Shown here piece by piece: positions 11,884 to 24,942 of a stretch of DNA of 64,000 bases. Source of the stretch: Octopus vulgaris (Eukaryota); assembly GCA_951406725.2 (NCBI GenBank), contig OX597831.1:45756001-45820000 (forward strand), read 5' to 3'. The notes beneath the pieces were generated by a model. That model did not search any database. It was not told where the DNA came from and saw nothing but the letters and a program-made list of their open reading frames with translations. The position numbers were made by a program, and so were the translations under genes. The stretch's first letter is position 1, and each line of letters starts with the position of its first letter.

Positions 11884-12070
11884 TACCATATTTGATGGCA
11901 TAAAAGACGGACAGGAGTACCAATCGCACCCCAATTTCAGCAGTGCATATTCAGGGAAAACGTTATTAGGGCATTAAAGCATATGGAAGTTCCAACTTCG
12001 AATGTAGGACCCGGGGTGATATTTGGAAAAATTTTTTTCAAATGCTTCTTATATACCCATCAAATATAGT
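11884..12070. mobile_element. Small TIR MITE
   Basis: TACCATATTTGATGGCATAAAAGACG versus GCTTCTTATATACCCATCAAATATAGT imperfect TIRs. Confidence 0.55.
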
Positions 12071-12246
12071 TGTTATTCAGTGGTATACAGAAGATTTTGG
12101 GTGCACTTTTCAATCTACTCATGTGCATGTCTCCCACACTATACCACTACATTTAATGAGCCAACCTTAGGTATGCTTACACAGGTTCTCTGTGCAGTTC
12201 TTTTTTTTATTCAACTAATAAACAAACTTCAAAGATCTTGTAGCTG

Positions 12247-12279
<33 letters not shown>

Positions 12280-12384
12280 CACCACCACCACCACCACCAC
12301 CAACACCACCACCAACACCAACACCACCACCAACACCACCACCACCACCACCACCATCATCTATATATATATATATATATATAT

Positions 12385-12695
12385 ACTAGCAGTATCACCC
12401 GCCGTTGCTCGGGTTTGTAAGGGACATAACTATATAAGTATTTATAGAGAGTTACTTCCCTTATATAACCCGAGCAAAAATCATTAAAAATGCGGAAAAA
12501 TGATGGTAAATTTTTTTTTAAATCGTAGACTCATCGTAGACGCGCGCTAATACCCAGAAGGGCTCGATGTGAATCACGACTATAAGATACCCACTTTTGG
12601 TTAAACTGCACCGCAAAATGTGAGAGTAGTTAGGAATCTAAATCAGAGTAGACAGACAGACACACACACACAACTTTAGTTTTATATATAAAGAT
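12385..12695 (-). mobile_element. Non-autonomous Helitron-like element
   Basis: Minus strand begins TCTTTATATA and ends with a GC-rich hairpin-like segment plus CTAG; internal (CAGA/CA)n; related copy at 60206-60578. Confidence 0.62.
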
Positions 12696-13145
12696 ATATA
12701 GCATGAAGGCATCTGACTGGATGTCTTGGTCTGCAGTTATACAAATATAAAGTGCCCAGAATATCATTTTATGTTACACTTCAGAGCTTCCTCAGTTTTC
12801 CAACCACTGCCATGTAACTTGAACTTGAAACAAATGGGTCTCTCTCTCTATATATATATATATATGGCCCAGTGATTAGGGTAGCGGACTCGCGGTTGTA
12901 GGATCGCGGTTTTGATTCCCAGACCGGGCGTTGTGAGTGTTTATTGAGCGAAAGCACCTAAAGCTCCACGGGGCTCCGGCAGGGGGTGGTGGCAATCCCT
13001 GCTATAACTTTCTCTCATTCTTTCTTGTTGGCCTGCTCGCTTAGCCAGCAGGGTGGCGTCATTTAAAGGCTAAAACAATGCGAAGCACATTGTGACCAGC
13101 GATGTGTAGCAACATCTGATAGCCTGGTCGGTCACGGTGATCACG

Positions 13146-13191
<46 letters not shown>

Positions 13192-13589
13192 AGGTAAATT
13201 CTTTGAACAATTGATGAATTTGTAGAAGGGGTTTTGAAAAGATAAACAGCAACTGACCATGTAACTAATATGCTAACTAAAGGAAGGAAAAAAATTCTAT
13301 GCTAGCATGGGTTAGATGAGTTTTTAATTGTAGCAGATCATTTAGCAAGTTGTTTGTATCTCTTGGCAACTTCTCTGTGAGATAATGATGATGATGACAG
13401 TGATCAACAGCAGTAGATTAATGATAACCCTTCCAAATTTTTGATTATTGGCAAAAGTAACTGAAAGATTTTGTTAACAATAATTTAGCAAAAGAGATTA
13501 AATCATCCTCACTTTATTGTTGCTAAAATACACAAAAATCTACATATTTGTAAAGCTTGCAAAGTTTCTCCAAGCTTATTCATTAATGT

Positions 13590-14030
13590 TCCTCCTCCTA
13601 CTGACCTCCAACTTAGACCCGTCATTGCTGGCCCTGCTTGTGAAACCCACCTTTTGAGCAACTTCCTCGACATCTTACTCAAACTGTTTCTAAAATATAT
13701 GAAAAGCTTCATCAGGGATGACTTAGACAGCCTAACCACCTCTCAAAGACAATAAATAAAGGAACCCTGCTAGTATCATTCGATACTGTACACCAATGTC
13801 CCACATGATTATGGTATAGAAGCAATCACCTTCTGGCTAGAAAAATACCCAGAAGGGATCCCAGGACACATCAACCACAGATTCATAATCGCATCACTCA
13901 AATTCATCCTACTGAACAACTATTTCATGTTCAATACAGTTTACTATCAACAAGAATGTGGAATTGCAATGGGAACCTGAGCTGCCCCAGTGATTGCAAA
14001 CCTTATTATGGGTCACCTAGAACTTAAAAC
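13590..14030 (+). mobile_element. Decayed Penelope-like reverse transcriptase fragment
   Basis: LRPVIAGPAC, LVSFD..LYTNVP, ILLNNYFMF..YYQQ..GIAMGT..APVIANL.M motifs with stops and frameshifts. Confidence 0.72.
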
Positions 14031-15008
14031 AAACCAATCATCACTATATTATCATATTTCTGTAACTTACCTTACAAAGTTTGACAATTAGTCTGTCGAT
14101 TAGAATGGGTCACTTGGAATGGTATCATTCTTACAAATGACCCTAAAACAAGCAGGCAGCATTAATGTTGCTGTTTAATTACATCCCATACCATCCCAAC
14201 AGGTTTTGTAATCTTGCAAGCTGCAGGGTGACCTTACTTGTGCCAGTAGCAGAGAAAAAGCACCCAGTACATGCTGTAAAGTGGCATGAGTTAGGAAAAA
14301 TATCCAGCTGTAAAAAAAACCATGCCAAAGTAGACTCTGGAGCAGGATGCAATCCTTGAGCCCATCAGATCCTGTCAAACTGCCCCCAAGCCATGTCAGC
14401 AGAAAACAAGTAAAGATAAAAGTAAAGTTATCTTCTCGAGTCATCCCAACTCATAAGTGCCAGTTTCCCACTTTCTATGGTGTATAAATTCCCCACCCAG
14501 ATGGGACACTGGTCTGTCACAGGATTACTCATTTTTGCCGGCTGAGTGAACAGGAGCCATGTGAAATGAAGTTTTTCACTCAAGAACACAGCACATTGCC
14601 TGGTCCAGAATTCAAAACCACAATATTACAATCATGTGTCCGACACCCTAAACACTAAGCCCCGTGCCTCCACCAAGGAACAGAAATATTAACACATTAA
14701 CTGCCACATGTACCACCAGTAATTCACCACAATTTTCACTCAAATGCCATATCCACCAGTGGTGGTACAGTGCCATAATTTGATAAAGTATGTTATTCTG
14801 TATATCTGGCATGATTTCGAGGATATTTAAAGAACATGAGTGCTGAATATTAATGTTTAATTATGAAATTCTAGGTCGTTACCCATTGTAAAAATGTTAG
14901 TTAATCATGCACATACCTTCATAAATTGTACTTTTTCTAAAGTTTGTGTTGCATTGTCTATACATTGAAAAATACAGACACACGCACAAACAACCAACCC
15001 AAAAAAAG

Positions 15009-15058
<50 letters not shown>

Positions 15059-15284
15059 TAGTGGGTAGTGATTTTCTTCATTACTTCAGGGAGTGATGAC
15101 CCTGCCTAACACAAGTCCCGGCTCAGCTGGCTCTGGCTGACAGTACCCGGTATGAGACTCCTATCCAGGGTTACAGAAAAGAGACAACCTTCAAAGAAAT
15201 CCAGAGTAGAGGCCTGTAGGCGGTTTGATAATGATGTGGATCACTGATGTTTGTAAAAACAACGAAGGCTTTGGGCAAACTTAC

Positions 15285-15444
15285 GGCTGAGATAAAGTTG
15301 CTGTTGCTTTTGATCCACATTTCTTTGGTACCAGTTACATAGTGCTAGGGAATCAGCCATCGGTTGTTGAAATGATCTAGTGCTGTCAATAGATGACAAA
15401 TCTGGGCTGCTTATCACATCGTCACATTTGGGGACTGGAAAATT
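15285..15444 (-). CDS. MYCBPAP: MYCBPAP-like exon (NFPVPKCDD...SLALCNWYQRNVDQKQQQLYLS)
   Basis: AL.NW......K.QQ..LS motif; 160 nt, phase 0->1; TTCCAG acceptor and GTAAGT donor. Confidence 0.82.
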
Positions 15445-15708
15445 CTGGAATTCAAAAAAGTAGGTGAATTTATTTAAACATTGAATTCCTTATCTTTATC
15501 CAAATAGTCGTGAATACTAACTTTCACATCACCAACGTGTTATGCCTTTCATACAAAAAGTGGATGAGTTAATTCCCCATAGAAATAGTCAGAATTATTT
15601 GCTGTTTATATCTCTATAGAATTTTATGTTGGTAAATATTTATTTCATCCAAACGGAACAGAACTATCTCAAAGAGATTAAATTGCAGAATAACTTTTAC
15701 AATAACTC

Positions 15709-15743
<35 letters not shown>

Positions 15744-15817
15744 CAAAGTGGAGTTGTGGGGTACCGCACGAGTGGAATTATATACGAAAGAAGGTTTGAA
15801 AATGCAATTTAAAAGAT

Positions 15818-15868
<51 letters not shown>

Positions 15869-15899
15869 TATATGCATGTATATACATATATATTTTTTT

Positions 15900-15930
<31 letters not shown>

Positions 15931-16213
15931 TTCAACAATTGAGGGTAAAATTAATTAATTAATCAATTTCACCAAGTATTCAGTATACAAAGGGACCATT
16001 TAAGGCGAATTCAAATTATTACATTATATAAAAGGGCTTAGTAAAATAAATTACTTTGCCGCATACTGAACTCATTAGAAATAGCAGCTAAAAAAACTTT
16101 TTTAAAAACTATTTCCAATACTTAAAGAAAACCTCTCTCATATAGTGTTTGCTCAATTCAACTCACGAAAGTATGGGGGTAGAGACATTAAAAAATCAAA
16201 TGCAAAGGTTATT

Positions 16214-16266
16214 TGAGAACGTACATTTCAAGATTAGTCAAAATCGACACTTCTATCATCAGCTCA
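16214..16266 (-). ncRNA. Inverted copy of the hammerhead motif (GAAAU variant)
   Basis: Reverse complement of 16848-16900 with one C->U change. Confidence 0.55.
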
Positions 16267-16847
16267 GAACTCCCTGGTTTGGATTTGAAAACACTGAAAG
16301 TGGGAGCATACCCTTTCGGTTTGTTATCACTTCTGAAGATCTGCTCAAAACTAACAGTGCCAGCAAATTCAAATATGCAAGCGAAGAATTTCTGCTCTCC
16401 CCTTTCCACCAGCGTATTTAAGTATTGGAAATAGTTTTTAAAAAAGTTTTTAAAAAAGTTTTTTTAGCTGCTATTTCTAATGAGTTCAGTATGCGGCAAA
16501 GTAATTTATTTTACTAAGCCCTTTTATATAATGTAATAATTTGAATTCGCCTTAAATGGTCCCTTTGTATACTGAATACTTGGTGAAATTGATTAATTAA
16601 TTAATTTTACCCTCAATTGTTGAAATTATAATTCATCTCTCTCTATATAATGCCTCGGATTTTTCCGAAAAAAGCATAGTGTTTGCTGATTTTAACCCAC
16701 GCTGGTGGAAAGGGGAGAGCAGAAATTCTTCGCTTGCATATTTGAATTTGCTGGCACTGTTAGTTTTGAGCAGATCTTCAGAAGTGATAACAAGCCGAAA
16801 GGGTATGCTCCCACTTTCAGTGTTTTCAAATCCAAACCAGGGAGTTC

Positions 16848-16900
16848 TGAGCTGATGATAGAAGTGTCGATTTTGACTAATCTTGAAACGTACGTTCTCA
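16848..16900 (+). ncRNA. Minimal hammerhead ribozyme motif
   Basis: UGAG-CUGAUGA-stem II-GAAAC-GUAC-GUU-CUCA; palindromic stem III loop; U-U mismatch at the base of stem II. Confidence 0.62.
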
Positions 16901-17238
16901 AATAACCTTTGCATTTGATTTTTTAATGTCTCTACCCCCATACTTTCGTGAGTTGAATTGAGCAAACACTATATGAGAGAGGTTTTCTTTAAGTATTGGA
17001 AATAGTTTTTAAAAAAGTTTTTTTAGCTGCTATTTCTAATGAGTTCAGTATGCGGCAAAGTAATTTATTTTACTAAGCCCTTTTATATAATGTAATAATT
17101 TATATATATATATATACACACACATATATGCATATATATACATATATATTTTTCAAACAGATAAATTATATAATTTTTACAAAAATGTAATAAACGAATA
17201 AATAATTATTGTATTTATAATATTAATAAGGTTCTTAC

Positions 17239-17324
17239 ATTTTTAATAGCTATTGTACAGAAATCTTCATAAGTTCCAGCTATAGAGTGTGGTATTAACC
17301 GGCCAATATCATCAAACTGTGGAC
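17239..17324 (-). CDS. MYCBPAP: MYCBPAP-like exon (GPQFDDIGRLIPHSIAGTYEDFCTIAIKN)
   Basis: Resembles the GP.FD..G.I.PHSILG..EDF block I recall from MYCBP-associated protein; TGTTTCAG acceptor and GTAAGA donor. Confidence 0.82.
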
Positions 17325-17419
17325 CTGAAACAGTGAAACAAATTGATATCAGCTTAGAATGTCAAGGAGAAGTAGCACTTCTTATAGACGACCATGTCAT
17401 GCTCTTTGGAGTAAAATCT

Positions 17420-17688
17420 GGTAAGTTCACCGTCATTAATTCACTGCAAGGTAAGTTCACCGTCATCAATTCACTGTAGGGTAAGTTTACCATTATCAAT
17501 TTGCTGCTCCATCAACAATTCACAACAGGGTAAGTTTACCATCATCAATTAACTGCTGGGAAAGATCATCTTCATCAGTTCACCATTATTTTTAATAAAT
17601 TTTTTTTTAACTATTAATGGTGAGATACTGTGGATATATTTTCTCAGTGAACTTTCTTCAGGGTGAATTGATGGCAGTGAACTCACCT
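17420..17688. mobile_element. MITE-like element with subterminal 30-bp tandem repeats
   Basis: GGTAAGTTCACCGTCATCAATTCACTG repeated 4-5 times, with an inverted unit at about 17661-17688. Confidence 0.55.
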
Positions 17689-18998
17689 GTAATCCTTTAG
17701 AGTAGTTTGGAGTAGGTAAACTTCTGCATGTGAAGACTGGATCCAAATGGATCTGCAGAAGAAACCTTCATGGTTCAACCGAGGGTGAGGTGGCTGCAGC
17801 AATGCATTATGGAGTGCAGAGAGCAAGCTGAAGTAAGTAAGACATGTTGGTCATCCACTGTATCAGTCACCATCCCCCAATCATCTTGACCTGGTCTTGC
17901 CATCATCATCATTTAATGTTCACCTTCCATGCTGCCATAGGTTGAACAGTTTGACTGGAGCCAGTCAGGTAGAAGACTACTCTAGGCTGCTGTGTCTGTT
18001 TTGGCAGGGTTTTTACAACTGGATGCCCTTCCTAACATCAACCACCCTGCAGAGTAGACTGATACTGGATTGAAAATGGCCCAGAGGAGAGAATGAGGTT
18101 GACAGTGTACAACTCTTCTTCACTTTAAACAAAGTCACCACTCAAGCTACCAGAAAATCCTTAAGGATGACCAGATGGTCATTGTCGCTCCAACGGATAA
18201 ACATGGATGGAGGTTTGGAGCAGCCTGCTTTGATCTCTACCTGACTATCAGTTTTCACCAATAGCTCCAAATGACTGTTTGCATGTAACAGCAGTCACAT
18301 AATGGACAACAGTTTTGACTGACTGGGTAATCTAGGCAAGAGTTACTGACACATTTAGAATTACTGGTGAAATTAAGATTTGTTAATTCAAGATTGTGAA
18401 AAGTAATCCCATGGACCAAGCAGGGAAATGAATTAAGGTTCAATGGCTAGGAAGATGACTCTGCAACACACCTGCGCGTGGAATATATGTAAGGGCATAA
18501 AAGCAATACACCTGGAGTATGGAGGGTAAATCAGAGCATATCACTACAACAGAGGAAGTTACCAGATGTAACACTCTTCTGTGCCAATGGAGCCAGATTT
18601 TTGTGTCTAAATGAATGACAGGGTTGCTTTCATGTTACAGCCATATCTTCACAATCTTCCAGTACGCTTTACTCTTTTACTCTTTCATTTGTTTCAGTCA
18701 TTTGACTGTGGCCATGCTGGAGCATCACCTTTAGTCGAGCAAATCAACGCCAGGACTTATTCTTTGTAAGCCTAGTACTTATTCTATCAGTCTCTTTTGC
18801 CGAACCGCTAAGTTACGGGGACGTAAACACACCAGTTGTCAAGCGATGTTGGGGAGACAAACACAGACACACAAATACACACACACACACACACTCACAC
18901 ACACACTAACACACATATACATATATATGACGGGCTTCTTTCAATTTTCGTCTATCAAATCTACTCACAAGGCTTTGGTCAGCCCGAGGCTACAGTAG

Positions 18999-21900
18999 GC
19001 CTACATAAGTCTGACAGCTACAAAACCGCCCTTTCTAAATTATCCGATGAAGAATCGAATGCCGCAGTTCACAGGAGAGAACAGAAAGACCATTTTGCCC
19101 ACTCAAGATCAGCAATCATTTATGGTAAAGCTGAATCCACCGGTGATACAGGCATAAACTGCCTAAAAGATGACATAAATTTTGTTTCTGTTTTAGTTGT
19201 TCTCTGTCAACGAAAATGTCAGTATCCATAAGGTCGCTCGGCTAGGAAGATTCCAAGTGAACTCAACCTCAGACACTAGACCACGCCCAATAAGAGTAAT
19301 CTTTTCTTCTGATCAGAAGGCTTCAACCTTTCTGAACAGAGCTCAGAAGCATGCCTGGGAGGACCCCAATATGGGTTTTCGCGAGGAATACTCACTGAGA
19401 GAGAGAATTCGCCGGAGAAACCTAATATCCAAAGTGAAGATGAGAAAACAGATAGGAGAGAAGGGTTTACGCATCCAAGATGGACAAATAATCAAGTCCT
19501 ACCTCTGGTCGCATGCTGTAGTGCTGACAGGCAAAATGAATCGAGGGCAAATCGAAGTAAAGTAGATACCCCCAACAACGATGCTGTCTCTGATACCCCT
19601 TATTCTGCTTGTTCCCTAATTCCCGCCCCTCAAACTTCACAGCTCAGCATTGTCTATACCAACTCGTGCTCCTTATTTCCAAAGTTCAGCGAACTATTTA
19701 CACTGGCCATGCGTGATTCCCCAGATGTGATAGCTATCACCGAGACTTGGCTGACTCCAGCAGTAAAGGACTCAGAAATCTACCTACAGGGCTACGCCCT
19801 CTTCAGATGTGACAGAGAAAAAAGGCGAGGTGGAGGTGTTGCTGTGTATGTTAAATCTGATCTCAAACCGTCCAGCGGTATTCTACCCACTAATGCTCAA
19901 CCTACAACAAAATTCGATGCCGTCTATTGCAAGCTGAGCCTATCCAGGTTTTGCCTGCCCATGTTAGCTGTCTACAGGCCACCTCTTGCCAACCCCCAGG
20001 ACAATGCTCATTTACTCGAAGTGATAAGATTCGTTTCAGCTTCTCATGACTGTTTGATATTAGGAGACTTCAATGCTTCCACGATCGACTGGCCCTCATT
20101 AATTTGTACATCATCTTCCCGGTTCGGCCAGGCCCTTCTTGACGTGGCTGAAGATTGTTTTCTATCGCAACATGTTGAATATCCGACAAGGCATCGGTCT
20201 GGGCAGCAGCCATCTATGCTGGATCTGGTATTCTCCCGCTATCCAAGATCAGTGTCAGGCTTATCTGTGTGTGCCCCTCTTGCCAAGAGTGATCACACGG
20301 TCCTGAAGTTCGATATGCACACAACTTTTTCTATGCCCACGACTACTTCGCTGCCATGTAGAGTCTTCTCTGCAATCAATCTTGAAATTCTAACCGAGGC
20401 TTCCGCACTTCTGGACTGGCGATCCCTGATGACAATGTCCTCAGTTGACGAACTATGGTCGTCCCTCAAAGCATATGTAATCTGGTTGACTGACCAAGCA
20501 GTTCCCATTGGGCTTCCCAAGAAGAAGAAACACAAGCCCTGGGTGACGAAGAAGGTGAAACGAGAACTTCGACTCAAGAGATATTGCTTGGGCTGAATTC
20601 AAAAATCTAGATTCAACTGCAGCTTTTGAGGTGTACAAAACTCAATGAGATCGAGCTGTGAAAATTGAAAAGGAAGAACGTTTCAGATATGAATACAGAA
20701 TCGCGGCAAATGCCAGTCGCAATCCAAAAACCTTCTTTGCCCATGTCCAATGGAATTCCCGCTTGAACAACCAAATTGCAACGTTGGTAGACTCAATAAG
20801 CGTATCAATTAAGGACCCTTATCAGCAGAGTCAGTTATTTGCCGAGGTTTTTTCAACAATTTTCAAACAAGATGATGGTCATGAACCCCCTCCATTTGAT
20901 AGATTGGTACCTCCAATGCCTAGATTGGTCATCATTCGGGACAAAGTCGAACGTGTTATTCAAGGCCTCGATGTCAACAAGGGTCACAGCCCTGACGGCA
21001 TACACCCACGGGTTATCAAAGAGTTGGCTCCGGTCATCTGTGAACCTTTAACACTTCTATTCAATATGTCATTGGCGACGGGTGTTATACCTGCAGACTG
21101 GAGAACAGCAATAATCTTCCCAATTTTCAAGAAAGGGAGCCGCGAAGACCCGCTTAACTACCGACCGGTTTCCCTTACTTCAATAATCAGCAAGATGTTC
21201 GAAACCATCCTTAAGAAAAGTATGTTGCTCCACCTCCAAAACACAGCTTCTATATCTGATTCCCAAAACGGCTTTGTGCCGAAGAGATCATGCTTGACCA
21301 GCTTACTGGTAATGGAAGAATTGGTGACGCGTATCCTGGATGATGGTGATGCTGTTGACATCGTTTTATTGGACTTTGCCAAAGCTTTTGACTCGGTTAA
21401 CCGCTGCCTATTACTTGTCAAGCTTCAAGCATATAGTTTCCATCCGGATATTGTATGATAAGTTGGTGCCTTCCTCTCAGATCGCTCCTTCCAAGTCCAA
21501 GTTAATGGTTCGCTGTCCGACGTCTCCAGTGCGAGCAGTGGCATGCCTCAAGGTTCAGTGCTTGGGCCCTTATTGTTTTTAGTCTTCATAAATGACTTGC
21601 CCGACGACCTCACGCAACACACCCTTCTATTTGCCGATGATGTCAAACTGGTCGCTCCTTGCGGTGATATAGATGATCTTCGTCAATGCCTCCACCAAGT
21701 TTGGAGATAGTCTAACGAATGGAACCTGGGTCTGAACGTGTCAAAGTGCTGTCATCTGCCTGTTGGCTCTTCTCCTGCAACTCAACTTGATTTCGAGCCG
21801 GGTCGTCTGCTGCTGGAGAGGACCAACCAGGTAAAGGACCTGGGCATCTTGGTGGATTCTTCCTTTTCACCTTTGGCCCAGTGCGTCCATGCTGCCAACA

Positions 21901-22514
21901 AAGCACGCGGAGTTCTGTTTTTGATTCGACGGTCATTCGGAATGCTCACAGCAGCCGTAATCCTACCGCTCTGTCATGCTGGTGAGACCCATATTGGAGT
22001 ACGGGATTCAAGCCTCTTCTCCTTATCTCCTCAAAGACATACATCATCTCGAAAGAGTCCAGAAGCTGGCTACCCACATGGTTCTTGGTCTGAAGAATTT
22101 GTCTTATGAAGAAAGGCTGAAGACGCTTGACCTTTATTCTCTAGAAAAACGCCGCCGCCATGGTGATCTCATTCTTGCTCACAACATCATAAGCAGAAAG
22201 TGTAACCTCTTGAAAAAGCTGTTCTTCACTCCTGCTCCAGAGCGTCGGCTGCAGGATCACTTCGAAAAGCTCTATCTGCGATGATTTCATCTCAATCGAA
22301 GGAGAGGGGCTTTCTCCGTCTGGGTTGCGGATCCGTGGAATAAGCTGCCGGACGAGATAGTGAAGATGCCGACGACCGCTCGGTTCAAAGTTTCTCTTGA
22401 CCAGAAATGGCCTGAACTCTTTGCATGAACACCTTCCCTGTACATAACTCCATGTCCCCCTACATGGCCTTGCTTTTTGCTTTTTGAGCTAAAAAATTAA
22501 CTTAACTTAACTTA
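18999..22514 (+). mobile_element. CR1-clade LINE: 5'-truncated ORF1 and endonuclease-RT ORF2 with stops/frameshifts
   Basis: AITETWL, GGGVAVYV, ILGDFN, LDLV, SDH (APE); NYRPVSLTS, LDFAKAFD, PQGSVLGP, LFADD (RT); (TAACT)n tail. Confidence 0.93.
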
Positions 22515-23149
22515 GAAGACACTTGCCAAGGTGTCACACAGTGAGACTGAACCCGAAACCATATGGTTCATAAGCAAGCTACTTACCACACAGCTACTTA
22601 CCACACAGCCACTCCTACACCTATAGTGCTGCTTTTTTTGTTTTGTTTTTTGTGTATCATCTTTTTAAGAGAGCAATTCCTATGATGATGAGGGAAGAGA
22701 GAAAAGCAATAGCTAGTGGTTACCATTAGCAGCCATAATTCTAAACCAGCATGTAGACTGCCTGTGGACCTATAGTTGTAGTTTATTAAACTTAGAGCAG
22801 AAATGAAGATCCATCATGTTCCAGATGACTAAGCAGCCCTTTCTAGAAACAGCATGGCCAATCTGAATAGAGAAGAGACAAAGACTTGCCTTAAAACTAA
22901 TGGGCAATCAAGCAGCATCTTACACTTAACTGCATCATCATCAACATCATTGTTTAACATCCGTTTTCCATGCTGGCATGGGTTGGATGGTTTGATAAGC
23001 CAGCCAGAGAAAACTGTCCAGGCACTAATTGTCTGTTATGGCATGGTTCCTATGGCTGGATGCTCTTTCCTCATGCCAACCACTTTATAGAGTGTGCTGG
23101 GTGCTTTTTACATGACACTAGCAGTGGATGAAAATAAATACATCACATT

Positions 23150-23800
23150 GACAGAATATGGAATGCATGCATTCTCTTGCATGAAGACCTCAGAAGAGAA
23201 CAACCCTTATAGCAAGACAATTGGCTCACTACAGGATTGACATTGCTGTTCTTGGTGAGTCATAAGTTGATATATGAACTGGAAGGAAGTGACATATTGT
23301 TTTGGAAGAGGGATGACAAAGACGAAGGCATTCAGGATATGACACATGACTTGGATTTATCATTTAGAATAGCCTACTTCAAAAGCTGCCTGATATATCT
23401 GTTAGCATAAATGAGTGCTTGATGAATCTTCAGTTCCTTACCCCTTCCTTTTGGCACACTACCATTATCAGTGCCTGTGTTCTAACCCTCACCAACTCTG
23501 AGTTTTGAAAAAAAGGGTTCTATGCGTATCTTGATTCTATTGTGAATTCTACTCTTGCAAATGATAAGTTTGTGGTATTTGGCAATTTCATTGCAAGAGA
23601 GGGAAGTAACTACACGGGCTGGGAAGGTATGATGCGTACACACAGGAAGAAGGCCATTTGTGCAACTTGACCGTCACCAACATGCTCTTCCAGATGACCA
23701 ACAAATACAATGCAATATGAATGCACCCCAGATCTAAGGAGTCACATCTCACAAAATCTGTTAGCATTTGTAGTCAAGATGTTTATGACGTTTGAATTAC
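23150..23800 (+). mobile_element. Highly decayed RTE-like LINE endonuclease fragment
   Basis: RPQKRTTLIARQL..YRIDIAVL.E and TIISA.-like remnants. Confidence 0.55.
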
Positions 23801-24688
23801 CTCCCACGTATAATAATTGGTGTTTCTGTTCTTAACTGCTTAACTAGTGACTGCAATGAACCTATTGTTTGCTATTCGGGACAGTCGTTATAGGCAGGCA
23901 AAATTAATAAGAGTTTGAAATATAAGAGCTAAATGAAATTAGATCTAATCAACAAATGAGCCCCAACAATACTCCCAAACCACTAACAACGCCTACCCCA
24001 GAATCCCGGCCCAGTGGCATAGCTAGAGTGTGTTTAATCCAAGGCAACCCTCCAGTTTGCCATTCCCATCTCCCATGGGCCCCAAAGCCTAAACAAGCTT
24101 ACACAGCAGATCTAAAAGTGTCGTCCTTATAAAAGTATTGCCCAGAGCAGACTGCTTCCACCCCCACCCTAGTTACGCTTCAGCCCTAGAAGCACACCGT
24201 CAATACACCCTGAAACCCATCCTTCCATTTATGTGTTGGGTCACTAAAAATGAATGATGTTGTTGTTGTTGTCGTCGTCATCCTCCACTTTTCCATGCTG
24301 GCATGGGTTGGATGGCATTTACTGAGGTAGATTTTCTATGGTCAGGTTCCCTCCCTGTTGCCAACCACCACATGTTTCCAAGCAAAGTAATGCTCTCCAT
24401 AGCTAGACATGTCTTTGCAGAACACCGGAAATGAATGACATTCATTTACAACAATCACATAATGTCAAGATGAGGAGACCAATATACAAACACACACACA
24501 CATACATCATCATCCTCACCATAATCATCATCATCATCATCATCATTTAACATCCATTTTCCATGCTATCATGGGTTGGATAGTTTCACAAGAGCTAGCA
24601 AGTCAGAAGGCTGTGCCAAGCTCAACTGGTGTAGTTTCCACAGCTTGATGCATTTCCAAACACCAACCACTTTACATGCATGTGTGTG

Positions 24689-24721
<33 letters not shown>

Positions 24722-24726
24722 CAAAA

Positions 24727-24942
24727 GAGGGTGCCAAAAAGTTCCTGGCTTTAAGGATATCACAAAAGACCTGACTGGAGGCCCAACTTTCCAAGTTCTT
24801 TTACAGAGCTTAGAAAAAACTGAAGGAGCGCTGCAATAAGTGTGTGAATCTGAGAGGTGAATATGTCGAGTAAAATCATAATTAACTGATCCTCCTGTAT
24901 TTTCTTTTACCCAAAACCAGGAACTTTTCAGCACCCCACTCA
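24727..24942. mobile_element. Mariner-derived MITE
   Basis: GAGGGTGCCAAAAAGTTCCTGG / CCAGGAACTTTTCAGCACCCACTC TIRs; second copy at 61797-62015. Confidence 0.75.

Larger units (their letters stand above)
15930..17100. repeat. Inverted-plus-tandem repeat block (A-B / A'-C-B'-A'), Penelope-like pLTR arrangement
   Basis: 15930-16125 inverted at 16417-16625 and partly at 16989-17100; 16126-16415 inverted at 16700-16988 (near identical). Confidence 0.85.

Noticed and set aside
14917-14957. Candidate MYCBPAP exon with good splice sites
   Set aside because: 41 nt would frameshift the otherwise consistent exon chain; no homology recognised.
16149-16965. Duplicated 90-110 aa ORFs (MLNSTHES...)
   Set aside because: Products of the inverted repeat block; non-ATG starts and no recognisable domain.
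19709-22284. CR1 ORFs as an active or domesticated gene
   Set aside because: Multiple stops and frameshifts break ORF2.
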